From a virus: DNA of 64,000 nucleotides. The notes beneath the pieces are model-generated. The model saw nothing but the letters and a program-made list of their open reading frames with translations, was not told the DNA's origin and searched no databases. The first letter of the stretch is position 1. Every line of letters starts with the position of its first letter. Positions 30,841 through 39,472 of this stretch are shown piece by piece. Position numbers and translations under genes: made by a program. The DNA lies in the IMG/VR virus record IMGVR_UViG_3300028837_001424, positions 32,001 to 96,000 of that record. The stretch is one strand, 5' to 3'.

Positions 30841-31319
30841 ATGGTTTGATTGATGGCGTAAGTGTGACGGATCTAAAAGTTATTAAGGATGAGCGCGGGG
30901 CCGTATGGCATATGCTGCGCGCGGGCAATATGCCATTTTTTGAGCCAATGGGAGAAGTATATTTTTCAATGGTGCGTCCAAATGTTGTAAAGGCCTGGCA
31001 CTGTCATAAAGCCATGAGGCTAAATTATTGCTGTGTTGTTGGAGAAATTCAATTAGGATTAGTGGATCTGAGGCTATCCAGTCCAACTTTTGGCATAGAG
31101 AATACAATATATTTAAGTGACGGAATGTTACCGAATTACAAATTAGTTAGCATACCGCCGCTTGTATGGAACGGGTTTAGAAGTCTTGCTATAAACAACA
31201 ATAGCGCGCTTATGGCCAATATGGCCACGCTTCCGCATGATCCAGAAGAAATAGTTAGAGTCCACCCTAGAGAATTTCCAGTAGATTATTATTGGGGAGA
31301 TTACGAAATAGCGGGCTAA
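30837..31319 (+). CDS. NDP-4-keto-6-deoxysugar 3,5-epimerase (RmlC-like cupin)
   Basis: DERG, VKAWH, DLR..SPTFG, IPP.VWNGF. Confidence 0.85.
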   Translation: MNGLIDGVSVTDLKVIKDERGAVWHMLRAGNMPFFEPMGEVYFSMVRPNVVKAWHCHKAMRLNYCCVVGEIQLGLVDLRLSSPTFGIENTIYLSDGMLPNYKLVSIPPLVWNGFRSLAINNNSALMANMATLPHDPEEIVRVHPREFPVDYYWGDYEIAG

Positions 31320-31392
31320 TTGCGCCCAGGCACGCAGGAGCGTGTAGGAGACGATTTTTGATGGAAAACATGATACAGGACACCTTAATCCG

Positions 31393-31758
31393 ATGATGAT
31401 CATTGTAAACTGTCGGGCGCTATATTCTTGCCCATGGATTTCATATTTACTCAGTGAGCTACAACCAGCCGAAAATCAGGTTGTAGTATGCGGGATGCTC
31501 TCCGACTATGACAGCGGCAAGATTGAAGCCGCCAAAGCAGCGTTCCGAGCGATAGATTACGAGATCTGCCAGGATAATAACTTGCGTAGTCATGTTGCAA
31601 TGCTCAATCTATTGACAAATCGGCACCAGGAAAAGACGGGCGACTTCCTGCTTGTAAGCAGTATACCTGCCGATCAGGAAGCCGCCGTATCGATCGGCAT
31701 GGAATATATTCAACCGGAGTTGTTCGATGTAGTTTATAAAGGATTGATTAATGGCTAA
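31393..31758 (+). CDS. Hypothetical protein (possibly degenerate HAD-like)
   Basis: C-terminal D.EAA..IGMEY. Confidence 0.35.
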   Translation: MMIIVNCRALYSCPWISYLLSELQPAENQVVVCGMLSDYDSGKIEAAKAAFRAIDYEICQDNNLRSHVAMLNLLTNRHQEKTGDFLLVSSIPADQEAAVSIGMEYIQPELFDVVYKGLING

Positions 31759-33067
31759 TAAGCAATCAAGGCTTAAGCTCCAAATAGCCGGTCTGGCTGA
31801 TATCTACGCCGAGAGAGAGTATCGAGGCCAGGAAGAATTCAAGGCTGGAAAAACCTATATACCTCCAAGCGGAAAAGTTGTTCGAGGCCTAGAGGCGGCG
31901 TATGGCGTAGAGGCCGTTCTTGACGGTTGGCTTACGGAGGGCCGTTGGGTTGATCAATTCGAAAAGAAACTAGCGTCTTACATCAGCGTCAGATATGCAT
32001 CAATGTGTAACTCAGGATCATCGGCAAATCTATTAGCTATTAGTGCGTTGATGTCCCCCAAGTTCAAGAAGCGCCTTAAGCCTGGCGACGAGGTGATTGT
32101 TGCCGCGGCCGGCTTCCCAACAACGCTCAACCCCATCATTCAAAAAGGATTAATTCCGGTATTTGTCGATGTAGAGCTAGGGACTTATGTGCCAACCATA
32201 AAGATGATCAAGAACGCTATGACAGATAAAACGCGCGCCATCTTCTTAGCCCATACGCTCGGCAACCCAGTTTCCATTGCAAAATATTGCCAAAAATGGC
32301 AAGATACTGGCATATATTTGATTGAGGATAATTGTGACGCACTTGGCTCTACACTAAGGGGTAAGCGCACTGGCTCCTTTGGCATTATGGCGACTCACAG
32401 CTTCTATCCTGCACATCACATTACTACAGGTGAGGGCGGTGCGGTGGTTACGAATAAACCTAGCGTGAAGAAGATTGTTGAAAGCTACCGTGACTGGGGG
32501 CGAGCTTGTTGGTGTAAACCGGGCAAAGAAAATACGTGTGGCAAGCGCTTCGAGGGCAAGTTTGGAAAATTACCAGAGGGCTATGATCATAAATACGTAT
32601 ATTCACATATCGGCTACAATCTAAAAAGCACTGACATCCAGGCGGCCATAGGTTTAGCCCAGCTTACAAGATTAGATCAATTTAAAATGATAAGATGCAG
32701 AAACTTCGCTTTTTTGCTAGAAATCTTAAAGGATTATAGCGATCTTATCATCTTGCCCGAAGCAACCAAAAACTCTGAGCCATCGTGGTTTGGTTTTCCC
32801 ATCACGATACGACCAAAAGCGCCGTTTGCTCGCAAAGAAATGATTGAGTATCTCAACAGGCGCAAGATTGGAACGCGTCTTTTATTCGGAGGCAATTTAT
32901 TAAAGCAGCCAGCTTATGAGGGTATAAAGTATCGCCATTTTTCAAGACTAAAAAACTCAAACCTAATCGCTAGCAATACTTTTTGGATAGGATGTTGGCC
33001 GGGCATTGACGATGCAAGATTAACTTTCATGGCCGAAGTTCTCCGGGCATTCTTGGAGCAATTTTAA
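31751..33067 (+). CDS. rfbH: CDP-4-keto-6-deoxyglucose 3-dehydrase (E1, DdhC)
   Basis: NSGSSANL, EDNCDALG, SFYPAHHITTGEGG (His in place of Lys), CWC...NTC Fe-S motif, YDHKY. Confidence 0.92.
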   Translation: MANKQSRLKLQIAGLADIYAEREYRGQEEFKAGKTYIPPSGKVVRGLEAAYGVEAVLDGWLTEGRWVDQFEKKLASYISVRYASMCNSGSSANLLAISALMSPKFKKRLKPGDEVIVAAAGFPTTLNPIIQKGLIPVFVDVELGTYVPTIKMIKNAMTDKTRAIFLAHTLGNPVSIAKYCQKWQDTGIYLIEDNCDALGSTLRGKRTGSFGIMATHSFYPAHHITTGEGGAVVTNKPSVKKIVESYRDWGRACWCKPGKENTCGKRFEGKFGKLPEGYDHKYVYSHIGYNLKSTDIQAAIGLAQLTRLDQFKMIRCRNFAFLLEILKDYSDLIILPEATKNSEPSWFGFPITIRPKAPFARKEMIEYLNRRKIGTRLLFGGNLLKQPAYEGIKYRHFSRLKNSNLIASNTFWIGCWPGIDDARLTFMAEVLRAFLEQF

Positions 33068-34122
33068 TGACTTCATACAAAATAGATCTCTTAGCAACTC
33101 ATGGAAGTCCATTGGGTGTGACACCGCCAGACATTTATGGACACGGTGTTGGGGGTGCCGAATTAGCCATGATGACTCTAATGCAAACATTTGCCGAGAG
33201 GGGCCATCAGGTGCGCGTTTTCAATGACCCAAAGAAACCTGGGGAATATGATGGTGTGCAATATCTATTCCGTAATCAATTTAAGCCAAAAGATAAAAGG
33301 GATGTTCTTATTCCATTTAGACAACCCAACGCATTAGTTAAGGCTTCCCGTGCCGCAAAGGGAAAATTTTGGTGGTCCACTGATCAATACACAATTGGAG
33401 ATTACGCGAAGTTTTCAAAGGTAGTTGATTTTTGCGTAACGATTAGCCCACATCATACTGAGTACCATAAAAACCGTTATGGTATACCGGATGAAAAAAT
33501 AGGCCATATCGACTTAGGAGTTCGCCTTGCAGACTACGACATTAAAGTAGATAAAGTTCCAGGCAGAATGATATTTTGTAGCGTACCGGCCAGAGGTCTT
33601 ATGATCCTTCACTCGGCATGGCCACTTATACGGCGAAAAGCGCCGAAGGCGACTCTGGTTATAACAAGCGATTATGCTCTTTGGGGAGCAGGCGGCGGAG
33701 GGACTGCTAAATGGCGGATTCATTGGGTTGGGATGGAGGGCGTAAATTATGTCGGAAATGTTCCTCGTCGCGAGCTTATCAAATACCAACTAGAGGCCGA
33801 GGTTTTACCATATACTTGTACATATGACGAGCTATTTTGTCTCTCAGTCGCGGAGTGTCAAGTTGCCGGCGCAATGCCTGTTACTACAGATGCGTCGGCA
33901 CTTAAAACCACAAATCAATTCGGAATAAAGGTTTCTGGAGATCCTACAACGCCTCAGTTTGTAGAGGAGTTTTCTGATCGAGTAGCCGCGCTCGTTACTA
34001 CAGAGAGACAATTTCTAGAAGCCAGACGCGCAAGCATGATTGCGGCTGCCAAGTCTCGATTTGATTGGCATGTAATTGCCGAAAAGTGGGAAAAACTGTT
34101 TGAGGATGGGAGGATTAAGTGA
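33067..34122 (+). CDS. Glycosyltransferase family 4
   Basis: GGAE, S.P.RGL, ELFCLSVAECQVAG. Confidence 0.85.
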   Translation: MTSYKIDLLATHGSPLGVTPPDIYGHGVGGAELAMMTLMQTFAERGHQVRVFNDPKKPGEYDGVQYLFRNQFKPKDKRDVLIPFRQPNALVKASRAAKGKFWWSTDQYTIGDYAKFSKVVDFCVTISPHHTEYHKNRYGIPDEKIGHIDLGVRLADYDIKVDKVPGRMIFCSVPARGLMILHSAWPLIRRKAPKATLVITSDYALWGAGGGGTAKWRIHWVGMEGVNYVGNVPRRELIKYQLEAEVLPYTCTYDELFCLSVAECQVAGAMPVTTDASALKTTNQFGIKVSGDPTTPQFVEEFSDRVAALVTTERQFLEARRASMIAAAKSRFDWHVIAEKWEKLFEDGRIK

Positions 34123-35405
34123 TTTTATTTATTAGCGACTTCGATTTTAGGGGTTCGGGATATCTGCACATAGCAACAAGCTTGTGCAACGAGTTGGCGA
34201 CTAGACATGGTAGAAAAGTTACTGCGTTGGGCATCGGCTACGACCGATCACAACACAATTGGCCCTTTTCGATTATTCCAGTTCGTCAGCGCGAATGGGG
34301 AAGACATATTCCAGCCATGGTCCATAACTTTATCCAGATGGGGAAATCTGGCCAATGGGATGAAGTAGAGGCGATTGTTGTTGCCTTAGATATTCCTATG
34401 CACGCAAATATGATGAAGATCAAAAGGGAAAACACGCCCTATATAGGCATCTTTCCAATTGAGAGCGGCCCTTTATGCAATACATGGGACTTTGCTATTG
34501 GTCACATGAGCGAACGATTAGTGATTAGCGAGTTCGGAAAGCATATGATTGACGAGTCTGGCACCAATACCTCCGTTTATATACCTATAGGAATCGATTC
34601 AACATCTTGGCGTATGCCATCGGATGTAGAAAGGAAGGCAATTAGGAAAGGGATGGGTTATGATGAAGATCAGTTTGTGGTTCTGACGGTTGCCGATAAT
34701 CAAGAGCGCAAAAACTTGAGCATAGCGGCAGATGTTATAGAGCGCCTCAAAAAACATTTAAACGTGAGGTGGTCGTTGGTGACTCGAATCAACTGTCCAG
34801 TAGGCTGGAAGCTCGACGATCTCATGCATCAATTCGACATAATTGATCAAGTAGATAAATATGATAAGGGACTGGCGTTTGATCGGCTATGGATGCTATA
34901 TGCTTCAGCAGACGCATTCCTGTTGACGAGCAAGGCCGAGGGGCTTTGTTTACCAATCCTAGAAGCAATGGCAACTGGGTTGCCAGTTGTGGCAACCTCT
35001 TGTACCGCAATTCCCGAACACATTTGGGAAGATCCTGATTGGAGTCGCTGTAGTGATGGTATCTGGCACAAAGGAAAGCCACGAGGCCGAAGAGGCTATG
35101 GTTTGAACGTGGAATACACAACTATTGATCCTTGGGGTAACTCCGTTAGAAGCTTTCCAGATCCCAAGCACGCCGTAAAATTGCTAAGGAAGATCGCCAA
35201 GATGAAGCCGTCTCAAAAGCAGGATTTCATTCAACCAGGTAGGGACTATGCCGTTGGTCGAACTTGGCAACGAGCAGGAAATGTACTGGAAGAGACGCTC
35301 AAACGGGTGATCAAAAAGGCGCAACCAAAAGATGAGCCTGGAACTGTGATACCATCATCACAGCCAAGGGTGATACCCGAAATAACAGAGGAGAATTCGG
35401 TATGA
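34119..35405 (+). CDS. Glycosyltransferase family 4
   Basis: SGY, RKN, SKAEGLCLPILEAMATGLPVV. Confidence 0.9.
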   Translation: MILFISDFDFRGSGYLHIATSLCNELATRHGRKVTALGIGYDRSQHNWPFSIIPVRQREWGRHIPAMVHNFIQMGKSGQWDEVEAIVVALDIPMHANMMKIKRENTPYIGIFPIESGPLCNTWDFAIGHMSERLVISEFGKHMIDESGTNTSVYIPIGIDSTSWRMPSDVERKAIRKGMGYDEDQFVVLTVADNQERKNLSIAADVIERLKKHLNVRWSLVTRINCPVGWKLDDLMHQFDIIDQVDKYDKGLAFDRLWMLYASADAFLLTSKAEGLCLPILEAMATGLPVVATSCTAIPEHIWEDPDWSRCSDGIWHKGKPRGRRGYGLNVEYTTIDPWGNSVRSFPDPKHAVKLLRKIAKMKPSQKQDFIQPGRDYAVGRTWQRAGNVLEETLKRVIKKAQPKDEPGTVIPSSQPRVIPEITEENSV

Positions 35406-36301
35406 GCAAGCGCACAAGGGCAAGAAAGCCAAAACAGGGAAGAGCAAGAAAGAAACAAGGACCAGCGCCGAAAACATTGGTTGATATCTGTATGCTGGTC
35501 TTTGGTGAGTGGGGGTTACTCTCAAAAGCTATCAGGGCGATTCCGGCTGCAGCCGAGGGGCTGAATGCCAGCTATCGAGTCATAGTCGTCGATAATGGCA
35601 CACCTGATTGGGAGACTGAGGAAAAGGAAATTGTAACGGCCAAGGAACAATCAGCACCAATTAAGGAACTGCTTAGGCCACAGGACATCTTTTTTAGGCT
35701 CGATGAAAACAAGGGCTTCCCCGGTGGTTACAACGTCGCGGTCGGCAAGGGGCGCTCGCCGCTTATTCTCATCTTGACTTCAGACGTTTTCCTGTTTCCT
35801 GGCGCGATTACAAAACTTGTTAGCGTTCTGGACGATCCTGAAGTTGGTATCGCAAGCCCGATGTTGCTCTATCCAGCGGACGAATCTCCCCACGGGCCTC
35901 CTGGTAGCGTGCAGCATGCCGGCATTGGATTCGATATTCGAGGCGATCCCTATCATATTTTCATGGGTTGGCAGCCAGATCATGAGAAGGTAAATCAGCG
36001 TAGAGAGTTACAAGCGGTTACGGGAGCATGTATTCTAACTCGGCGTGCTTTATGGCAAAGAATAGGCGGCTTCTCTGAGCTTTATAATCAGGGAACATTT
36101 GAGGATATGGAGCTTGCATTTGCCATCCGCCAAATGGGCTACAAAATAATTTTCGAGCCAAGCGCGCGAGGTGAACACTATGTTGGAGGTTCCATAAAAC
36201 ATGGTGCTATGAGGCCGGGTTTTAATCTCGCATTAAATTCAACAATTTTCCGTGGCCGTTGGGCACCATCTCTGAAATGGGATACTTATCGATTTTATTG
36301 A
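35402..36301 (+). CDS. Glycosyltransferase family 2
   Basis: VVDNG, NKGFPGGYN, AVTGAC, GGF, FEDME. Confidence 0.9.
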   Translation: MSKRTRARKPKQGRARKKQGPAPKTLVDICMLVFGEWGLLSKAIRAIPAAAEGLNASYRVIVVDNGTPDWETEEKEIVTAKEQSAPIKELLRPQDIFFRLDENKGFPGGYNVAVGKGRSPLILILTSDVFLFPGAITKLVSVLDDPEVGIASPMLLYPADESPHGPPGSVQHAGIGFDIRGDPYHIFMGWQPDHEKVNQRRELQAVTGACILTRRALWQRIGGFSELYNQGTFEDMELAFAIRQMGYKIIFEPSARGEHYVGGSIKHGAMRPGFNLALNSTIFRGRWAPSLKWDTYRFY

Positions 36302-36463
36302 CCCTGCCGTGCCAAGCCCAACCTAACATCGCCAGACCTCGCATCGCCAAGCCGTACTCCGCCGCGAACCGCCTAGCCATGCCTCGTTTATAATTCATTC
36401 CTAGCCTCGCCACACCGCACCAAACACTGCGCCACCTAGCCGGACACCGCCCCACCTTGCCCT
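36301..36463 (-). ncRNA. Pentamer array (NN-GGY), two units of 13 and 17 pentamers, downstream of RAMP-like gene 1; putative guide RNAs
   Basis: Minus strand AGGGC AAGGT GGGGC...GAGGC TAGGA, AT-rich linker, then C GAGGC ATGGC TAGGC...ACGGC AGGGT; strict 5-nt phase. Confidence 0.75.
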
Positions 36464-36466
36464 AAC

Positions 36467-36494
36467 TGGGGAGAGTTCTCACATACTCTCCCCA
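36467..36494 (-). other. 10-bp hairpin between RAMP-like stop codon and first pentamer unit
   Basis: TGGGGAGAGT / ACTCTCCCCA with 8-nt loop. Confidence 0.7.
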
Positions 36495-36501
36495 ATTCGA
36501 A

Positions 36502-37098
36502 TCAAAGTATCGAAACTTCGAATCGTCCATATGGCCCGCCCTTTGCAGGACGCCAATCGCCAAGACCTACAGCGTTGCCAGCCAGTTCGAGCCAGTGGAT
36601 GAGTCTGTCTTTATCCACAAACTCTTCGTTGTACTGTAGCTCGCCTTCAATACTCCAATCTTCTGGAATAATTGGGCGAGTGCGCATGACGGTAGCCTGC
36701 CCGACACGAACGCCAATGCGGAAGCGGAAGCGTTCATCTTTCCACAGTTCCTTGGGATCTTTAGGACCGTCGTATTGAAGGACATAGTGGTGGTCACAAA
36801 ATATACCAACACCTGCTGCCTTTCCTTCCTTCTCCATACGAGCGGCGCTACCCCTGCCAGCCAAGGCCGCCTTTAGTAATCGACCTGGAATGACAGGCAC
36901 TCCGTCATTGATGTATAGCGCACCCATAAACTCAAGGCGCGCCATTTCCTCGAAATCCTTCTCAGTCTTCTTGCGCTGAGAACTCACCTTCTTGAGCTTT
37001 TTTGCCCAAGTATTCAATGGATCTGCTAGCTGTCCATTGTGGAGGATCAGGGGGCTGATCCCCGTCAAACGAAATTTCAGAGTCTTCAGGACGTTCAT
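36502..37098 (-). CDS. Stand-alone RAMP/Cas7-like protein 1 (Vipr-like)
   Basis: N-terminal LTGISPLILHN, IPGRLLKAAL, RTRP...W, C-terminal G-rich loop GLGDWRPAKGGPYGRFEV; start ATG 37098 after GGAG. Confidence 0.75.
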   Translation of the reverse strand: MNVLKTLKFRLTGISPLILHNGQLADPLNTWAKKLKKVSSQRKKTEKDFEEMARLEFMGALYINDGVPVIPGRLLKAALAGRGSAARMEKEGKAAGVGIFCDHHYVLQYDGPKDPKELWKDERFRFRIGVRVGQATVMRTRPIIPEDWSIEGELQYNEEFVDKDRLIHWLELAGNAVGLGDWRPAKGGPYGRFEVSIL

Positions 37099-37396
37099 CG
37101 AACTTCTCCAATATCTTAACCGGCAAGCCCGCTTCCACATTGTCCTCTATTATCGTTTCGGCTCGACGTGAGTATCGAAGCCCTCTGATATATGAGGTGA
37201 GAAAGTCGTGGCATCGACGGCAGACGGTTATGAGATCCTCACCGATCTCTTCTCCGTATCTTTCGTATGTCTTATGATGCACCTCCAATTCTTCTACACA
37301 AGGAACTCCTGTTAATTCGGCAATGCCGAATATTTTTGAAAGTTGACATTCGTAGTTATCTCTTTCTAGGATTGCTTTTCTTACTAGGTTATCCAT
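36962..37396 (-). CDS. HNH endonuclease
   Basis: ILERDNYECQ...LEVHHKTY...DLITVCRRCHD; start reassigned to ATG 37396 (GGAG RBS); 3' end overlaps RAMP gene by 137 nt. Confidence 0.8.
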   Translation of the reverse strand: MDNLVRKAILERDNYECQLSKIFGIAELTGVPCVEELEVHHKTYERYGEEIGEDLITVCRRCHDFLTSYIRGLRYSRRAETIIEDNVEAGLPVKILEKFDERPEDSEISFDGDQPPDPPQWTASRSIEYLGKKAQEGEFSAQED

Positions 37397-37417
37397 AATG
37401 GACTCCGAATAAAGTAA

Positions 37418-37690
37418 TCCTTGCCTCGCCCTGTCGTGCCGGACCTTGCCAAACCGTACCAGACCGCGCCCAAACATACACTGCCAGATCCAGCCACGCC
37501 TGGCCGCGCCTCGAATATAATTCCTTCCCTGCCATGCCCCGCCGTATCCCACCGCGCCAGATCGTGCCTAGCCGGACTTCGCCACGCCAAACCACGCCTT
37601 GAACATAATTGCTGTCCTTGCCGCGCCCCACCAAACCTCTCCATGCAGCACCAAGCCTGGTCGCGCCAAACCTTAACTTACCGTGCCTCG
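37418..37690 (-). ncRNA. Pentamer array (NN-GGY), three units of 15, 15 and 19 pentamers, upstream of HNH-RAMP genes; putative guide RNAs
   Basis: Units 37689-37615, 37600-37526, 37512-37418; each begins C(G/A)AGGC and ends AAGGA or AGGGAAGGA, separated by AATTAT(A/G)TT linkers. Confidence 0.8.
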
Positions 37691-37818
37691 AAACCAAAAT
37701 CCCGCCACCCATTATTCGAGGTTGCCCTACCATGAACAAGCCAAGCTGTAATGGGAAGCGGGAGTCTGATCTCGATAAAAACAAAAGGCTTGGTAGATGT
37801 CCATGGCAGGTTAGTAGA

Positions 37819-37847
37819 AGTGTACCATAGCGGGCACAGTATGTCAA
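37819..37847 (-). promoter_or_regulatory. Sigma70 promoter driving array-HNH-RAMP-array operon
   Basis: TTGACA-17 nt-TACACT with extended TG. Confidence 0.75.
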
Positions 37848-37884
37848 GACCAATGTATTAATCGTTTAAAACAACCAAATTCCA

Positions 37885-37893
37885 TGATATAAT
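37885..37893 (+). promoter_or_regulatory. Extended -10 promoter of the divergent structured RNA
   Basis: TGA-TATAAT ~10 nt upstream of the RNA closing stem. Confidence 0.5.
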
Positions 37894-37902
37894 TATCTTT
37901 GC

Positions 37903-38234
37903 ACTTTACCAAACCAATCGCTTGGTGGCTCGAAGAATACCGTTCTACGGGTTAAAAAAGGCACACACGACAGGTGGCGGTGTGGTTCCAGGCGATGGGA
38001 AGCATAAGGGTCGTGGAGATCGGGCGAATGCGCCGCCTTACCGATCGAGCGCGACATCGTTGGTAGCTCAAAACTACATATCCAGTAGACGACGATGTGC
38101 GGGCAAGATTCCCGCCAGTGACGTTGATGCTAGCTAGGCCAGTTAGCGGAGTCCTGTGGCCCGAATAATGCGACTGATTGCCGAGAGGTTGGGAGGATTG
38201 GCATCCTCCCCTGAGCGATTGTGTTTGGTGAAGT
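37903..38234 (+). ncRNA. Unidentified ~330-nt structured RNA
   Basis: Ends pair (ACTTTACCAAAC-CAATCGCTTGG with CTGAGCGATTG-T-GTTTGGTGAAGT); several internal stems. Confidence 0.6.
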
Positions 38235-38459
38235 CATCAGAAAGGAAATTGGTAAATTTCATGGTAAAATAGATTTGCGAGCGCGCCTCTTCATTGGGCT
38301 ATATTTCCCCTAATGATGAGAACTACTCCTGAGTAGCGCTTAGCTCAGGAGGCTAAGCTGGTAACAGCGGACGCGGTAGCCGGTGCCGCTATACACAGAG
38401 ACCGGCAATCACTTTGTAACAAAGGAGGCCAACATGACGAACCTTTAGTGAGGTGAATC

Positions 38460-38663
38460 ATGTCCAAAATTCAGAAAGGCGGTAAGAAAAACCGCAAACA
38501 TGGCCGTGCAGCGCGCAAGCCCAAAACTGCACGGTATCGTATTTCCAATCGTCGAGCAAAAAATAAAACCAAAAGAGTTCTGCGTAGCAGCGGCAAAAAG
38601 GCTGCAAAACAATACGCGCGGGAACAAAACACAACTGGCTATCTACTCAAATTGCTAAGTTGA
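38460..38663 (+). CDS. Small very basic (K/R-rich) protein
   Basis: GAGGTG RBS; KGGKKNRKHGRAARKPK. Confidence 0.65.
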   Translation: MSKIQKGGKKNRKHGRAARKPKTARYRISNRRAKNKTKRVLRSSGKKAAKQYAREQNTTGYLLKLLS

Positions 38664-38730
38664 ACACTGATATGTAACAACTTATTGCACGATAACATAT
38701 TTTATGTTATTGCGAATTTTAATGTTAATG

Positions 38731-38766
38731 AAAAAGCCCCTAAGCTGGAAGCCAGGGACTTTTTCG
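38731..38766. terminator. Possible bidirectional terminator
   Basis: GAAAAAGCCCCT...AGGGACTTTTTC between convergent genes. Confidence 0.5.
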
Positions 38767-38817
38767 TATCGCGCCATTGTGCCACTCCGGCACGGTTACA
38801 TTATATCACAACTGGGC

Positions 38818-39255
38818 TTACTCAGCGACGATTGGCTCAGGGAGCATTTCTCCCATAATGTCGGTTTCTATTTCGGCCAATCTATAAGTATCCGTATCAG
38901 TAAGATGCTCAAAACCGACTCGGTAATACGTCCGCACGTTTTGATTAAAGCTAACGTAGTCAATCCAGCCGCGAATAACGTAATAATCAAGAGCGTTAGG
39001 CTCATTCTTGTATTCCTTCATGTCACATTCGGACCACTCTTGAAATACTGCTCCCGTCTTATCCCATAGAATATCTTCGATGGTCTTTTGAGAGCGGCTG
39101 CATAGCTGACCCTTAATTGACGGGCCTTGATCACTGGTAGTTGCTTTACCATTTAGTAAATAATGTGCGGAAGTGGCAACGGCATATGCCAGCAGAATGA
39201 GAGTAAAAACGGCAACATATCTTAGACATCCTTTACCGGTCGTATTTTTCTTCAT
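38818..39255 (-). CDS. Membrane-anchored/secreted hypothetical protein
   Basis: N-terminal hydrophobic helix; own promoter. Confidence 0.6.
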   Translation of the reverse strand: MKKNTTGKGCLRYVAVFTLILLAYAVATSAHYLLNGKATTSDQGPSIKGQLCSRSQKTIEDILWDKTGAVFQEWSECDMKEYKNEPNALDYYVIRGWIDYVSFNQNVRTYYRVGFEHLTDTDTYRLAEIETDIMGEMLPEPIVAE

Positions 39256-39278
39256 GGTATTTATCCTTTACTGTGATT

Positions 39279-39323
39279 ATGCTACCCGATACGGTACAGT
39301 ATGTCAAGTTACCTTGGTACTAT
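39279..39323 (-). promoter_or_regulatory. Sigma70 promoter with upstream operator-like box
   Basis: ATAGTACCAAGGTAAC-TTGACA-17 nt-TAGCAT. Confidence 0.7.
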
Positions 39324-39472
39324 CAATAAATAAAGAGGCGGGTATATATACCTGCCTCTTGTGCTGTCTGGCAACCAGACGATCACCCACCACTGATTGT
39401 CAACTTATAAGTTGTCAAATGATGATGGAATGACAACAAATATGTTATCAACAACTAAAGCTCAATGCGATT

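Noticed and set aside
36222-37853. ORFs over the GGY arrays (36222-36455, 37384-37644, 37389-37853, 37421-37735, 37609-37830, and the N-terminal extension of 36962-37552)
   Set aside because: G/A/R/W-rich translations are by-products of the pentamer repeats; the real HNH start with an RBS is at 37396
38050-38125. tRNA-like segment (TAGCTCA ... GCGGGCAAGATTCCCGCCA)
   Set aside because: I could not build a canonical acceptor and anticodon arm; kept as part of the larger unknown RNA
38460-38663. Possible in-window target of the AGC guide read as first-two-codon positions
   Set aside because: Only superficial A/R/K compositional likeness, no ordered match; a full gapped search was not possible by eye
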